Assembly (NCBI GenBank): GCA_965223325.1
Contig: CBDCWI010000002.1
Location: 2,144,001-2,208,000 of the forward strand
Direction of reading: 5' to 3'
DNA length: 64,000 nucleotides
Source of the DNA: Candidatus Multivoradales bacterium
GTDB taxonomy: Bacteria; Acidobacteriota; Thermoanaerobaculia; Multivoradales; Multivoraceae
Position 1 is the stretch's first letter. Every line of letters starts with the position of its first letter. The notes below the pieces were generated by a model. The model searched no databases, had not been told where the DNA came from, and saw nothing but the letters and a program-made list of their open reading frames with translations. Made by a program: the position numbers and the translations under genes. This document shows positions 18,899-29,300 of this stretch, piece by piece.

Positions 18899-20275
18899 AT
18901 GTCAGGACCCCTTCACGCTTCTCGACGCTTCGCGGGACTGATTGCAGCCAGCGCGCTCGTTTCCTCCCTGGTCCTTCCGGGTGCCAGCCGTTCTTCGAAC
19001 CCTGCATCCGCTAGCGAAGAGACCGAGCAGGTCGAAGCGGCGCGGGCTTCTGGGCTTTCTTCCCAGCGGGAGGAGCTCCGGTTGGACCGCAACTTCTTCC
19101 GCTCGATTCCCCTCTGGCTCGACGGGCAAACGACGTTTCGCCATCGAACCCTGGGCTCGGAGAGCTTCTTCACCGATGCCATCGGTCTCAACGAAGCGGT
19201 CACCGGGCTACCGCCGGTCGCCGCCCTCGGTCTCGGGCTGAAGGTCGACCGCGATGCTCTTCCCCGCTCCTTACAGCGAGCCCTGGCACGCGGCGAGGTC
19301 GACCTCGAAGACCCGGCCGTCACCGTGGCGTTGGTTGAGCTGGGCGCGGTGGTCGGCGTAGAGGGTGAGGTCGCCGGTGGGGCGGTGACTGAGCTCGGGA
19401 TTACGTGTGCTCTGTGCCACTCGACGGTCGACGATTCCTTTGCGCCCGGCATTGGCCGCCGGGTAGACGGCTGGGCCAACCGCGATCTCGACGTCGGCAG
19501 CATCCTCGGTGCTGCCCCGCGGCTCCAGCCGATCGCCGACCTGCTTTCGGTTCCGGTTGAAACGGTGCGGCTGGTGCTTGCGAGCTGGGGTCCAGGCCGT
19601 TTCGATGCCCATCTCAACCTCGACGGGCGCGCCTTCAGGCCAGATGGCGAGACCGCGGCGGTCTTGATCCCTCCGGCCTTTGGACTCGCCGGCGTCAACC
19701 TGCACACCTACACCGGGTGGGGCTCGGTAAGCTACTGGAACGCCTTTGTCGGGAATCTCGAGATGAACGGCCAGGGGCGCTTTTACGATCCCCGCCTCGA
19801 AGACGCAGCGAAATTCCCGATCGCGGCGGCCAACGGCTTTGGTGACCAAAGCAGCGAGCCGGATCGGATCACTCCACATCTTCCGGGGTTGCACTTCTAC
19901 CAACTATCGATCCAGGCGCCGCCCGCTCCGCGCGGGCGCTACGATGAGAGAGCGGCGCGTCGTGGTGAGGCACTCTTCAACGGTGAGGCCCGCTGCTCGA
20001 CATGCCATGTGCCGCCGCTCTACACCGAGCCGGGTTGGAACCTGCACGCTCCCGAGGAGATCGGAATCGACGACTTCCAGGCCAGTCGGTCGCCGGATGA
20101 GAAGTACCGCACGACTCCGCTTCGAGGCCTATGGACCCACGAGAAGGGCGGCTTCTACCATGACGGTCGGTTCAGCACCCTCGAAGAAGTGGTTGCGCAC
20201 TACGACGCCCACTTCAGTCTTGCGCTTTCGGACGCGGAAGCCGCAGACCTGGTCGAGTTCCTGCGCTCGCTGTAG
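18899..20275 (+). CDS. Exported diheme c-type cytochrome (peroxidase-like fold)
   Basis: Signal peptide; CALCH and CSTCH; YRTTPLRGL..YHDGRF.TL.EVV.HY C-terminal motif. Confidence 0.85.
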   Translation: MSGPLHASRRFAGLIAASALVSSLVLPGASRSSNPASASEETEQVEAARASGLSSQREELRLDRNFFRSIPLWLDGQTTFRHRTLGSESFFTDAIGLNEAVTGLPPVAALGLGLKVDRDALPRSLQRALARGEVDLEDPAVTVALVELGAVVGVEGEVAGGAVTELGITCALCHSTVDDSFAPGIGRRVDGWANRDLDVGSILGAAPRLQPIADLLSVPVETVRLVLASWGPGRFDAHLNLDGRAFRPDGETAAVLIPPAFGLAGVNLHTYTGWGSVSYWNAFVGNLEMNGQGRFYDPRLEDAAKFPIAAANGFGDQSSEPDRITPHLPGLHFYQLSIQAPPAPRGRYDERAARRGEALFNGEARCSTCHVPPLYTEPGWNLHAPEEIGIDDFQASRSPDEKYRTTPLRGLWTHEKGGFYHDGRFSTLEEVVAHYDAHFSLALSDAEAADLVEFLRSL

Positions 20276-20282
20276 GGAAAGA

Positions 20283-21053
20283 ATGTATACAGGAAGTGAA
20301 ACGATGGTGCTCCTACCGCAAGAGAAAGCCGAACACTCCGCCCCGGGTACTGAGGCCGTGACAGCACCCGCTATTGATCCGCGCCGTCATGAACTCTTTC
20401 CCCCCGACGAAGTGCTGGTGCCCGCCATCGTGGGCGGGGAATCGGCCCTTTTCGAGGTCGTCATGAGGCGTCACAACCGGCGCCTGTTTCGGGTCGCGAT
20501 GGGTGTGCTGTCAGATCCTGACGAGGCCGAAGATGTACTCCAGGAAACCTACGTCGCGGCTTGGCGTGGGCTCTCTCGTTTCGAGTTTCGCTCGTCGCTG
20601 TCGACGTGGTTGGTGCGCATCGCGCTGCACGAAGCCTTGGAGCGCAGGCGCCGGCGCAAAGCCGTCAACATGACCTCGATCGAGGAGCGAGTCGGGAACG
20701 GAGACGTCGGCCCTCGGCGCTTGTCGCCCCTTCGCGACCGCGAGCTCGACCCGGAGCGGCGAGCTGCCAACACTGAACTCCGCCAGCTCATGGAGGCGGC
20801 CCTCGACTCCCTCGAAGAGCGCCAACGGCTGGTTTTCCTACTACGGACCGTCGAACATCTGTCGACTGCCGAAACGGCCCGGTGCCTGGGGCTCTCGAAG
20901 TCACACGTCAAAGTGCTCCTCTTCAGAGCGCGTCGAGCTTTGAGAGCACGTCTCGAGCGCAAGCTCGGCAGCGCGGCTACCGAGGTCTACGGCTTCCACC
21001 TCGATCGCTGTGATCGGGTCGTCTCCGCAGTGTGGAGCCGCATCCAGGCCTAG
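20283..21053 (+). CDS. ECF sigma-70 factor with C-terminal RCD extension
   Basis: AEDVLQE, TWL.RIA, region 4 (S..E.A..LG.S...VK..L.RAR), tail YGFHLDRCDRVV; start 20283 or 20304. Confidence 0.9.
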   Translation: MYTGSETMVLLPQEKAEHSAPGTEAVTAPAIDPRRHELFPPDEVLVPAIVGGESALFEVVMRRHNRRLFRVAMGVLSDPDEAEDVLQETYVAAWRGLSRFEFRSSLSTWLVRIALHEALERRRRRKAVNMTSIEERVGNGDVGPRRLSPLRDRELDPERRAANTELRQLMEAALDSLEERQRLVFLLRTVEHLSTAETARCLGLSKSHVKVLLFRARRALRARLERKLGSAATEVYGFHLDRCDRVVSAVWSRIQA

Positions 21054-21211
21054 CGCTTTGGGGGGCTGGCGCTGGCCCACCCGGCGCAAAGGCGCGCTGG
21101 CACGTTCAAGCGACGCCATTGTGGGAACCCTTGCAAGAACCACACGGCGCCCCAGGGGATCCCTACACAGGCACACGTCCGCCGGCCAAAAGCGGCGCAT
21201 AAGGCGCCGAC

Positions 21212-21631
21212 TCATTCTCGGCCGAACGCAGCGATCTCCCGAACGTAACTCGAGTCGAACTGCAACTCCCGAACCAACTGCGAAAGCTCCGTAGCGTAGG
21301 CGGGATTCGTCCCGGACATGGCCAGTTCGCTTGGCAGGTTGTAACAGTCCACCTCTAGAGTTTCCCTGGTCTCCGACAGCTCGACCCGCACGCGTTCTGA
21401 AACGTACTCACGAACACTCGGCTCGGTGTAGAGGGCACGAGCGTCTGCGTCGGAAAGCTCCATCACCACTCCGTAGGCACAGCTCGATGGGGACCGGAGG
21501 AGAGTCGCTCGTTCGCCGATCTGAATGCGGTAGCCAGTCAAAACTGCTGGCCCGATAGTCTTGGGCCTGAGGCCCTTCGCCACGAGCAGAGACGAATCCA
21601 TGAAGAGCCCGTAGAAGAAGATCCTGCTCAC
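21212..21631 (-). CDS. Gamma-glutamylcyclotransferase family protein
   Basis: IFFYGLFMD N-terminal motif; GTG start 7 nt after TACCAT (alternative ATG at 21640). Confidence 0.8.
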   Translation of the reverse strand: MSRIFFYGLFMDSSLLVAKGLRPKTIGPAVLTGYRIQIGERATLLRSPSSCAYGVVMELSDADARALYTEPSVREYVSERVRVELSETRETLEVDCYNLPSELAMSGTNPAYATELSQLVRELQFDSSYVREIAAFGRE

Positions 21632-21997
21632 AAAGAACATGGTAGCCCGACGGCGACGCACACTTTCTCGAGCAGTGTCTTCATGACGTCGCAGTCGCCG
21701 GCCCACTTCGTTACTCGGCGGCTTCCTCGACTCATGATGGACGACGACGCACAAGTGACCGCCGCCAGACGCTGCAACCGTTCACCGAGAGGCGCCTCCT
21801 GGCAGGCGGGTGGATCTTGATCTGGCTGGGTTCCGCTGTCCTGCTCGCCGCGATGTGGTGACCGGTCACCGCCATCGCCGAGCGGCCTCCCGGGCAAACG
21901 CCAGCTCCCGTCGTTAAGCCGGGAGTGGCCTTGGCGAAATCTCGCGGCTGGTAGATTGACCGCAACTTCCAACTAGAGAGATCGGCCGGAGAAACTG

Positions 21998-22390
21998 ATG
22001 ATGCTACGCCCGTACTTCGTGTTTGGCGACCTGTTCTCGAATGCCGTGGTGGGTGCGGTCGCAGCCCTGGCGCTCGGTGCTTTGGTCTCGCCGGGCTGGA
22101 ACATGCTTCTCGTGATGCTCGTGGGCATGGCGCTGGGCATGGTGATCGCCACTCCCTTGTCGCTCCCCTTGAGTGCGCTTTTCGGAGCGCACGAGGTGAT
22201 GGTGCCGTGCATGACCACCGGCATGGTCGCTGGCATGGTGGTGTCGATGAAGGCCTCGATGGAAGCCTTGCCGCCCGCCACGGCGGTGATCTGGGGAGCC
22301 GGCATCGGAGTGGTCGTGGCCGTGGTGCTCAATCTGCTCAACGCCGTTCTCCGAGGTCCGTCCAAGAACTACGAAACGGTTGGGAGCTAA
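21998..22390 (+). CDS. Hypothetical 4-TM membrane protein
   Basis: Four hydrophobic Gly/Met-rich segments; GGAG RBS. Confidence 0.75.
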   Translation: MMLRPYFVFGDLFSNAVVGAVAALALGALVSPGWNMLLVMLVGMALGMVIATPLSLPLSALFGAHEVMVPCMTTGMVAGMVVSMKASMEALPPATAVIWGAGIGVVVAVVLNLLNAVLRGPSKNYETVGS

Positions 22391-22394
22391 GGCC

Positions 22395-23030
22395 ATGGAC
22401 CAGGTCACAGAAGCAAAATGGGACAAGGCCGCCAAGGGCTTCGACCTCATGGGGGGCTTTGGCCCCGAGAAGCGCTGGGAACCCGACAAGCGGCGGTTGT
22501 TCTCGCACATGAAGGGGCGGGTACTTTTCGTAGCCATCGGGACCGGTCTCGACATCCCCTTCTTCCCGCCCGGTCAGGACATCGTAGGCCTCGACATCAG
22601 CGCCAAGATGCTCGAGAAGGCGAAGGCACGGGCGGAGAAGTACGAGGGGCACATCGAGCTTCGTCAAATGGACGTTCACGATCTGGACTACGAAAACGAC
22701 TCCTTTGACCAGGTCTTCACGTCGTGCACCTTCTGCTCGGTTCCCGACCCCGTTCGAGGACTCGAGTCTCTACAGCGCGCGCTCAAACCAGGTGGCAAGA
22801 TTCGCATGTTCGAACACACCGGAAGCCGCTACTTCCCGTTCGGCCTGATGATGCACTTGATGACGCTCGTCTCCCGTCACCTCGGCCCGGAGATGAATCG
22901 AAAGACAGTCTCCAACGTGCAGGCCGCGGGTTTCGAGCTGCTCGAAGTCGAGAACATCTTTCTCGACATCGTCAAGATGATCACTGCCCAGAAGCCAATG
23001 AGAGAGCAAGCCAACCGGGCCGGCGCGTGA
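22395..23030 (+). CDS. Class I SAM-dependent methyltransferase (UbiE/PmtA-like)
   Basis: VAIGTGLD, GLDIS.KML, FCSVPDP, LKPGG and FEH motifs. Confidence 0.9.
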   Translation: MDQVTEAKWDKAAKGFDLMGGFGPEKRWEPDKRRLFSHMKGRVLFVAIGTGLDIPFFPPGQDIVGLDISAKMLEKAKARAEKYEGHIELRQMDVHDLDYENDSFDQVFTSCTFCSVPDPVRGLESLQRALKPGGKIRMFEHTGSRYFPFGLMMHLMTLVSRHLGPEMNRKTVSNVQAAGFELLEVENIFLDIVKMITAQKPMREQANRAGA

Positions 23031-23090
23031 GACCCAACGTCGACTGAGAGAGGTTCAGCCCGCCTACTGGTATGGTATATTATATTAGTC

Positions 23091-23351
23091 ATGGCCAACA
23101 CCAGCGTGCATCTGCCAGGCACCCTCCTCGAGGAGCTGGACCGCGTCGCGGCCGAGCGGGGGGTGAGCCGCAACCGCTTGATCGTCGACTCGTGTCGCCG
23201 GCTGCTCGCGGAGACCAGGAAGTGGCCGGCGGAGCTGTTTTCGAACGATCACCTCAGCGCGGACGATCTCGCCGAGCTTCACCAGAGCGAGAGTGACTTT
23301 CTAGACGAGGTCCTCGGGCACCGTCGCAGTCGTGCCGAGGCGCCGTTCTGA
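23091..23351 (+). CDS. Ribbon-helix-helix (CopG/VapB-like) antitoxin
   Basis: TSVHLP..LLEELDRVA...GVSRNRLI RHH pattern; acidic tail. Confidence 0.85.
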   Translation: MANTSVHLPGTLLEELDRVAAERGVSRNRLIVDSCRRLLAETRKWPAELFSNDHLSADDLAELHQSESDFLDEVLGHRRSRAEAPF

Positions 23352-23764
23352 GTTCCGGGCTGCTACTCGACACCACGGCGGTGTCAGCGTTCATGCACCG
23401 TCGCCCCGAGGCGATCGAAGGCCTTCGGGGCGAAGATCCGTCTCGCGTCTACTTGTGCAGCCCAGTCATCGCCGAGGTCTTTTTCGGCCTCGAGCGACTC
23501 CCAGGCGGCTCTCGACGGCGCACACTGCTGGAGAGCGAGTTCACACGGCTCCGATCCGCTGTACGCTACGTTGAGTGGAACGAGGCGGCGGCGATGACGT
23601 TCGGCCGCTGGAAGGCCCGGTTGCAGAAGCGGGGGAATCCGATCGAAGACATGGACCTGGCCATCGCGTCGATCGCGCTCGAACTCGGGGCGCGATTAGC
23701 GACCTCCAACACTCGTCACTTCGAACGTTTCAACAACATCGAACTCGTCAACTGGACTTCGTAG
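23348..23764 (+). CDS. vapC: PIN-domain toxin
   Basis: LLDT, AEV..G, D.DLAIASIAL and TSNTRHF motifs; LLDT lies upstream of the first GTG (23381), so a CTG start is inferred. Confidence 0.88.
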   Translation: MSSGLLLDTTAVSAFMHRRPEAIEGLRGEDPSRVYLCSPVIAEVFFGLERLPGGSRRRTLLESEFTRLRSAVRYVEWNEAAAMTFGRWKARLQKRGNPIEDMDLAIASIALELGARLATSNTRHFERFNNIELVNWTS

Positions 23765-24258
23765 GACGGTCTTCTCTCGATCCTGTTGGTAGCACGTTCA
23801 CCGTCCTGGGATGCGAGTCGGGCGAAGTTGCGACTGCGTGCGGCTACGCCGCGCGATCCGTGGTCGCCTGCAGAGCGATGTGCTCGAGCACCCGGCGGTG
23901 AATGCTGTGAATGATCTGGTCGCTCCACAACCGCCACCAGCTCACCGGCCATAGCCCATGGCGATACCAAGTGCGCCCGATCAGTCGGGTACGTCCACCA
24001 GGTAGCGGTAGAAGCTCGAACTCGCCCCTCTCGGCGACGAGAAAACCTTCGAGGTGGGGCGCACGAATCTCGCCCCATGGAGATCACTCGGAAAGTGGCG
24101 TTGTTCGGTTCTTGTTTCGTGCTCTAGGAAGTGAGCGGCATCGAATGTCCCTAGCTGCGGTATCCAATGATCGCGAAAGGCGCCTCGAACACAACGGGCC
24201 ATAGGACGCAGGGCCGGCTCGCAGCCCACCGCGCCCAACACACCTGCCGCTTGAACCC

Positions 24259-24972
24259 TCAGCCCTCTACCGACCCATCCGCGACCTCCGCGCCGTCGGC
24301 CTCCCTCAGCCTTCGCAGGACCGCGTTGTTGTGCAGAAGAGCCGCCAACCGGTTGCTGATCGCAAGCCCGCGGGCACCGATCTGAGCCGCCTCTTCGTCT
24401 GGCGTGTCGGCGAAGCGATCGAGGAAATGGTCCGCCTCGAGCTCCGACCATTGCTCGACGATGGCGACGTAGCGCTCGAGAAACGCGGTGTCGTAGCCGC
24501 GCTCGGAAGTGAACCCGGCGGTGCGCGCGTCGGCCCAGAGTCGAACGATCTCGGCGTCGCGTGCCGCTAGCACGCCGTTCTCGTCGATACGGATGGCCTG
24601 GGCCTCGGCCATTCCTTCGATCTCCTCTATGGATAGGCAGGTCGACGCGGCAAGGTCGGCTGACGAGACGGGCGCCTGGTCTTCGGTGTCCTGGACCAGG
24701 GCGGAGAGCAACTGCGCCAGCCCGGGGCGGCTGAGGGCGCTCAACGCAGCTTCGTCGGCGACCTTGTTGAGCACCTTCTTGACGACCTTGAGGGGGAGAA
24801 AGTGCTCATCTTGCAGCCGCTTGATCAGCTGGGTGCGCTCGACGTGCAGAGCCCCGTACTCGGCGACGTTGCGCTTCGGCTTCTTCGGCTGGGGCAGCAG
24901 GCCTTCCCGGATGTAGTAGCGGATCGACTCGCGGCTCACGCCAGTGCGAGCCTCGAGCTCCTTCATCTTCAT
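24259..24972 (-). CDS. MerR family regulator
   Basis: MKMKELEARTGVSRESIRYYIREGLLP HTH; ATGA overlap with the P450 stop. Confidence 0.9.
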   Translation of the reverse strand: MKMKELEARTGVSRESIRYYIREGLLPQPKKPKRNVAEYGALHVERTQLIKRLQDEHFLPLKVVKKVLNKVADEAALSALSRPGLAQLLSALVQDTEDQAPVSSADLAASTCLSIEEIEGMAEAQAIRIDENGVLAARDAEIVRLWADARTAGFTSERGYDTAFLERYVAIVEQWSELEADHFLDRFADTPDEEAAQIGARGLAISNRLAALLHNNAVLRRLREADGAEVADGSVEG

Positions 24973-26213
24973 TGAGCGACTGGATGCAGGACTACCGGTA
25001 GATCGACGATGCCGCGCACGAAGTTCGACTTCAATCGCTTGGCTTCTCCAACCAGCTCGACATGCTCGAAGCGCTTGAGAATCTCTTCCCAGACCAGTCG
25101 CAGCTGCATCTCGGCAAGCCGGTTGCCCATGCAGCGATGCACGCCAAAGCCGAACGACATGTGTTGACGGGCGTTCTTTCGATCGATCAGGAACTCGTCG
25201 GGCCGGTCAAAGTGCGACGCATCGCGATTGGCGGAGACGTACCAGAGCGCGACCTTGTCGCCCGCCTTCATCTGCTTGCCGCCGAACACCACGTCACGGG
25301 TCGTTGTTCTCCGCATGTGCAGAAGCGGCGTCTGGAAACGAATGATCTCGGACACCATGTTCGGGATGAGACTCGGATCCGCCTTGAGCTTCTCGTACTG
25401 GGCGGGGTTTTCGTTGAGCATCAAAACGCCGCCTGAAATGGAGTTACGCGTCGTGTCGTTGCCGCCCACGATGAGGAGAATGATGTTGCCAAGCAGCTCC
25501 ATCGGGTCCATGTCCTTGAAGGCCTGCGAATGGGCCATCAGTGTGATGAAGTCGTACTTTCCTTCGGGTGATTGTTGTGCGCGTTCGTTCCAGAGCCCGG
25601 TGAAGACCCCCAGGCATTCCTCCAGCGCCGCCTGGCGCTGCTCCTTGGTGACGCTGTCATCGCCGGCAATCTCAGGCGAAGCGGTGGCCATGTCCGACCA
25701 GTAGGTCAGCTTGCGGCGATCCTCGAACGGAAAGTCGAACAGGGTGGCGAGCATTTGAGTGGTGAGCTCGATCGAAACCTGGTCGACCCAGTTGAACGGC
25801 TCACCCAGCGGCAGTTCATCCATGATCTTGCCGATGCGTTCGCGAATCAGCGGCTCCATCTGCGACAGACTTCGCGGCGCGACCGCCGGCGTCACTGCCT
25901 TGCGCTGCTCGGTGTGCTTGGGCGGGTCAGAAGCGATGAACTGCTTGACGGTGAAGTCGGGGTCCTGGTCGCCCAGAACGATCGCCGGAAAGGACGAGAA
26001 CGTTTTGGTGTCCCGCTCGATCGCCATGATGTCGTCGTAGCGGGTGATCGACCAGAAGGGGCCGAAATCGCTGGCGGCGCAGTAGTGCACCGGGTCTTCT
26101 TCCCGCAGGCGCTTGAACAGCGGCCAATGGGTATCGTTTTCGAACATGGCCGGGTCTGAGGGGTTGACCTGGTCCAGGGGAACGGTGGACGCGCGGGTGA
26201 CAGGCTCAGCCAT
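24969..26213 (-). CDS. Cytochrome P450, CYP153-like
   Basis: LLIVGGNDTTRNS I-helix, EIIR, FGFGVHRCMGNRLAE heme motif characteristic of CYP153. Confidence 0.9.
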   Translation of the reverse strand: MAEPVTRASTVPLDQVNPSDPAMFENDTHWPLFKRLREEDPVHYCAASDFGPFWSITRYDDIMAIERDTKTFSSFPAIVLGDQDPDFTVKQFIASDPPKHTEQRKAVTPAVAPRSLSQMEPLIRERIGKIMDELPLGEPFNWVDQVSIELTTQMLATLFDFPFEDRRKLTYWSDMATASPEIAGDDSVTKEQRQAALEECLGVFTGLWNERAQQSPEGKYDFITLMAHSQAFKDMDPMELLGNIILLIVGGNDTTRNSISGGVLMLNENPAQYEKLKADPSLIPNMVSEIIRFQTPLLHMRRTTTRDVVFGGKQMKAGDKVALWYVSANRDASHFDRPDEFLIDRKNARQHMSFGFGVHRCMGNRLAEMQLRLVWEEILKRFEHVELVGEAKRLKSNFVRGIVDLPVVLHPVAQ

Positions 26214-26230
26214 GGCTTTCTCCGGATTGG

Positions 26231-26280
26231 GTATGGTGCGTATTACGTACCCATACTACTCGTTATGGCTGCCAGGTCAA
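26231..26280 (-). promoter_or_regulatory. P450 promoter (TTGACC-16-TAGTAT) with overlapping palindrome GTATGG-N14-CCATAC
   Basis: Read on the minus strand; inverted repeat at 26231-26256. Confidence 0.6.
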
Positions 26281-26313
26281 GAGGCGCCAGGGACATGTCA
26301 ACAACCCGCTGGC

Positions 26314-29300
26314 TCACTCCGACGAGAGCACCTCAATCGCTTTGACCATCGGGTTCTCGACGACATGGACAAAGTCGACGGTCACCGCACCGTCATCGAC
26401 CGCGACCACATCGCTGAGCACGATGCCCGCATTCATTCCCACCTCGGAGATCACATCGAGGTCGTTCGCCAGGAGCGCTCCTTCGACCAACACATCGGCC
26501 ACTCGTTGGCCGGAATTGCCGTAGATCGTCTCGGCAAAGTAGAGCCGCACCTCGTAGGTTCCCGAAGCCACCGGAAAGCTCCAGCTCATCTCCGCTCCGG
26601 TGGGCTTATCCCAACGTTCAGACTGGAGGATCATCGGAGGGGTGCCCGCAGGGATGCTCGGGTGGGCGAGCGAGATGGCGCTCCCTACTGAAGACACGTG
26701 GTTGCCGGCGACCGCGCTGTTGTTGTAGATCGACGGGTTGGACTGGGTGTCTGCTTCCCAGGGCAGCCCGCCATCAGCGGCACTCACCTCTGGACCGCCC
26801 GCATTGACCCGATAGAGCACCGTCGCACCTCCCGGGGGTGGCACGGAGTTGACCGTAAACGCAAACGAGGCACTGTCGGAGGCTTCACCGTCGCTCGCGG
26901 TGACCGTCGGGTTGAACGTGCCGGCAACACTCAACGTTCCGCTGATCAAACCCGTGCTGGCATTGAGAGTCAGTGACGGCGGAAGTCCGCTGGCACTCCA
27001 CGTCAACGGATCACCGTCTGGATCCTGGGCCTGGAGCAACAACGAAACGCCGTCACCGACCGTGCCAACTTGATCGGCGGGCTCGGTCAGTACGGGAGCC
27101 TGATTGCCTCCGCCACCGCCGGACTGCGCGATCACCTCGATGGCCTTGATCATCGGGTTCTCGACGACATGTACGAAGTCGACGGTCACCGCACCGTCAT
27201 CGACCGCGACCACATCGGTAAGCACGATGCCCGCATTCATCCCCACCTCGGAAATCACATCGAGGTCGTTCGCCAGAAGCGCTCCCTCCACCAGCACGTC
27301 GGCCACGCGCTGCCCAGGGTTGCCGTAGATCGTTTCCGCAAAGTAGAGCCGCACCTCGTAGCTGCCGGGTGCCACCGGGAAGCTCCAGCTCATCTCCGCC
27401 CCGGTGGGCTGATCCCAACGTTCAGACTGGAGGATCACCGGTGGGGTGCCCGCCGGAATGCTCGGATGGGCAAGCGAGATCGCACTGCCTACCGAAGACA
27501 CGTGGTTTCCGGCGACCGCGCTGTTGTTGTAGATCGACGGATTGGGCTGGGTGTCGGCCTCCCAGGGTAGCCCGCCATCGGTGGCACTCACCTCTGGACC
27601 GCCCGCATTCACCCGATAGAGCACCGTCGCACCTCCCGGGGGTGGCACGGAGTTGACCGTAAACGCAAACGAGGCACTGTCGGAGGCTTCACCGTCGCTC
27701 GCGGTGACCGTCGGGTTGAACGTGCCGGCAACACTCAACGTTCCGCTGATCAAACCCGTGCCGGCATTGAGAGTCAGTGACGGCGGAAGTCCGCTGGCAC
27801 TCCACGTCAACGGATCACCGTCTGGATCCTGGGCCTGGAGCAACAACGAAACGCCGTCACCGACCGTGCCGACTTGAGGGGCGGGCCCGGTCAGAACGGG
27901 CGCCTGATTGCCTCCCCCGCCGCCGGATTGCGAGATCACTTCGATGGCCTTGATCATCGGGTTCTCGACGACGTGCACGAAGTCGACGGTCAGAGCGCCG
28001 TCACCGACGACCACCACATCACTGAGCACAATCCCCGCGTTCATTCCCACTTCGGAGATCACATCGAGGTCGTTTGCTAGAAGCGCTCCCTCCACCAACA
28101 CGTCGGCCACGCGTTGCCCGGGATTGCCGTAGATCGTCTCGGCAAAGTAGAGCCGCACCTCGTAGCTCCCGGGTGCCACCGGGAAGCTCCAGCTCATCTC
28201 CGCTCCGGTGGGCTGATCCCAACGCTCAGACTGGAGGATCACCGGTGGGGTGCCCGCCGGGATGCTCGGGTGGGCGAGTGAAATCGCGCTGCCGACCGAA
28301 GAAACATGGTTACCGGCTACCGCGCTGTTGTTGTAGATCGACGGGTTGAACTGAGTGTCGGCCTCCCAGGGCAGCCCGCCATCGGTGGCACTCACCTGTG
28401 GACCGCCCGCATTGACCCGGTAGAGCACGTTCTCAGGCTCACCAACCGGGTGCTCGAACACGAACAAGTCGTCCCAGGTTGCGACAAACGGTGCGGGCGC
28501 GCCTCGCGACGTGGCGAGCACTCCCACGGCCGGCCTGGTGACACCAAGCAGCCAGGAGACTGGAAAGGAGATCGGGTTGCCCAGAGTCAACGACGGCTGG
28601 CTGTCGATCTGGATCATGGGCTGAGCGCTCGCCGTCTGGGGATCGATCTGCAGGCTCACTTGAACCTTGTCTGCACTCGAGATGGAGACCCCCTGACCAG
28701 GACCAAACAAAGTGCTCGAGTGCACACCGTTGACCTCGACGCCAACCTCGATTCCGCCCACGCCACCGTTGGCCACCGCACTGACCTCGATGTAGTTGTT
28801 CTGATCCCCCGTGCCAAAGAACAGCCCCGTTGCGCTCTCGGCTTCTAGCGCCGGTTGAAATGGCGCGATGAGCTGGACCTGAGCGGTAAACGGCGGACTG
28901 TCAGAGCCCACATTGATTCCAAACTGCATGCCGAACTGCTGCGAGTCGAGGCCTTCGAAAGCGTCGCCGGCGGGAACCTCGAGGACGGCGTAGACCCCCG
29001 GTGCCCCGCCCGGGATGATCACGTCGGCATCGAACAGCTGTGAGTAGTCGACCCCGTTGGTCATCAAGCCGGTGAAGCCAAGATCGAGCAGGCCACCGCG
29101 TGGCGGTTCACCGTTGTTCCATGTCAGCGTAACTGGCAGGTTGGTACCTGCGCCGTTCGAAGGGTCGAGCGCGAAGGGGTCCTGGTTGTCCAGGAGACCG
29201 TCGTTGTCGTCGTTGGGATCGTTCAAGTCGGACACAAAGTCCGCATCAAAGTCCGCCGGGATGCTGCCCGCGCTGCAGGGGTTGGTGTCGTTGTCAATCT

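Noticed and set aside
1200-24000. Prophage or integrative element delimited by the two TA modules
   Set aside because: No integrase, att repeats, tRNA, or structural/conjugation genes, and no obvious compositional shift.
26320-28430. CRISPR array or DGR template/variable repeat
   Set aside because: Repeats are in-frame protein domains, differences are not adenine-specific by eye, and there is no cas gene or reverse transcriptase.
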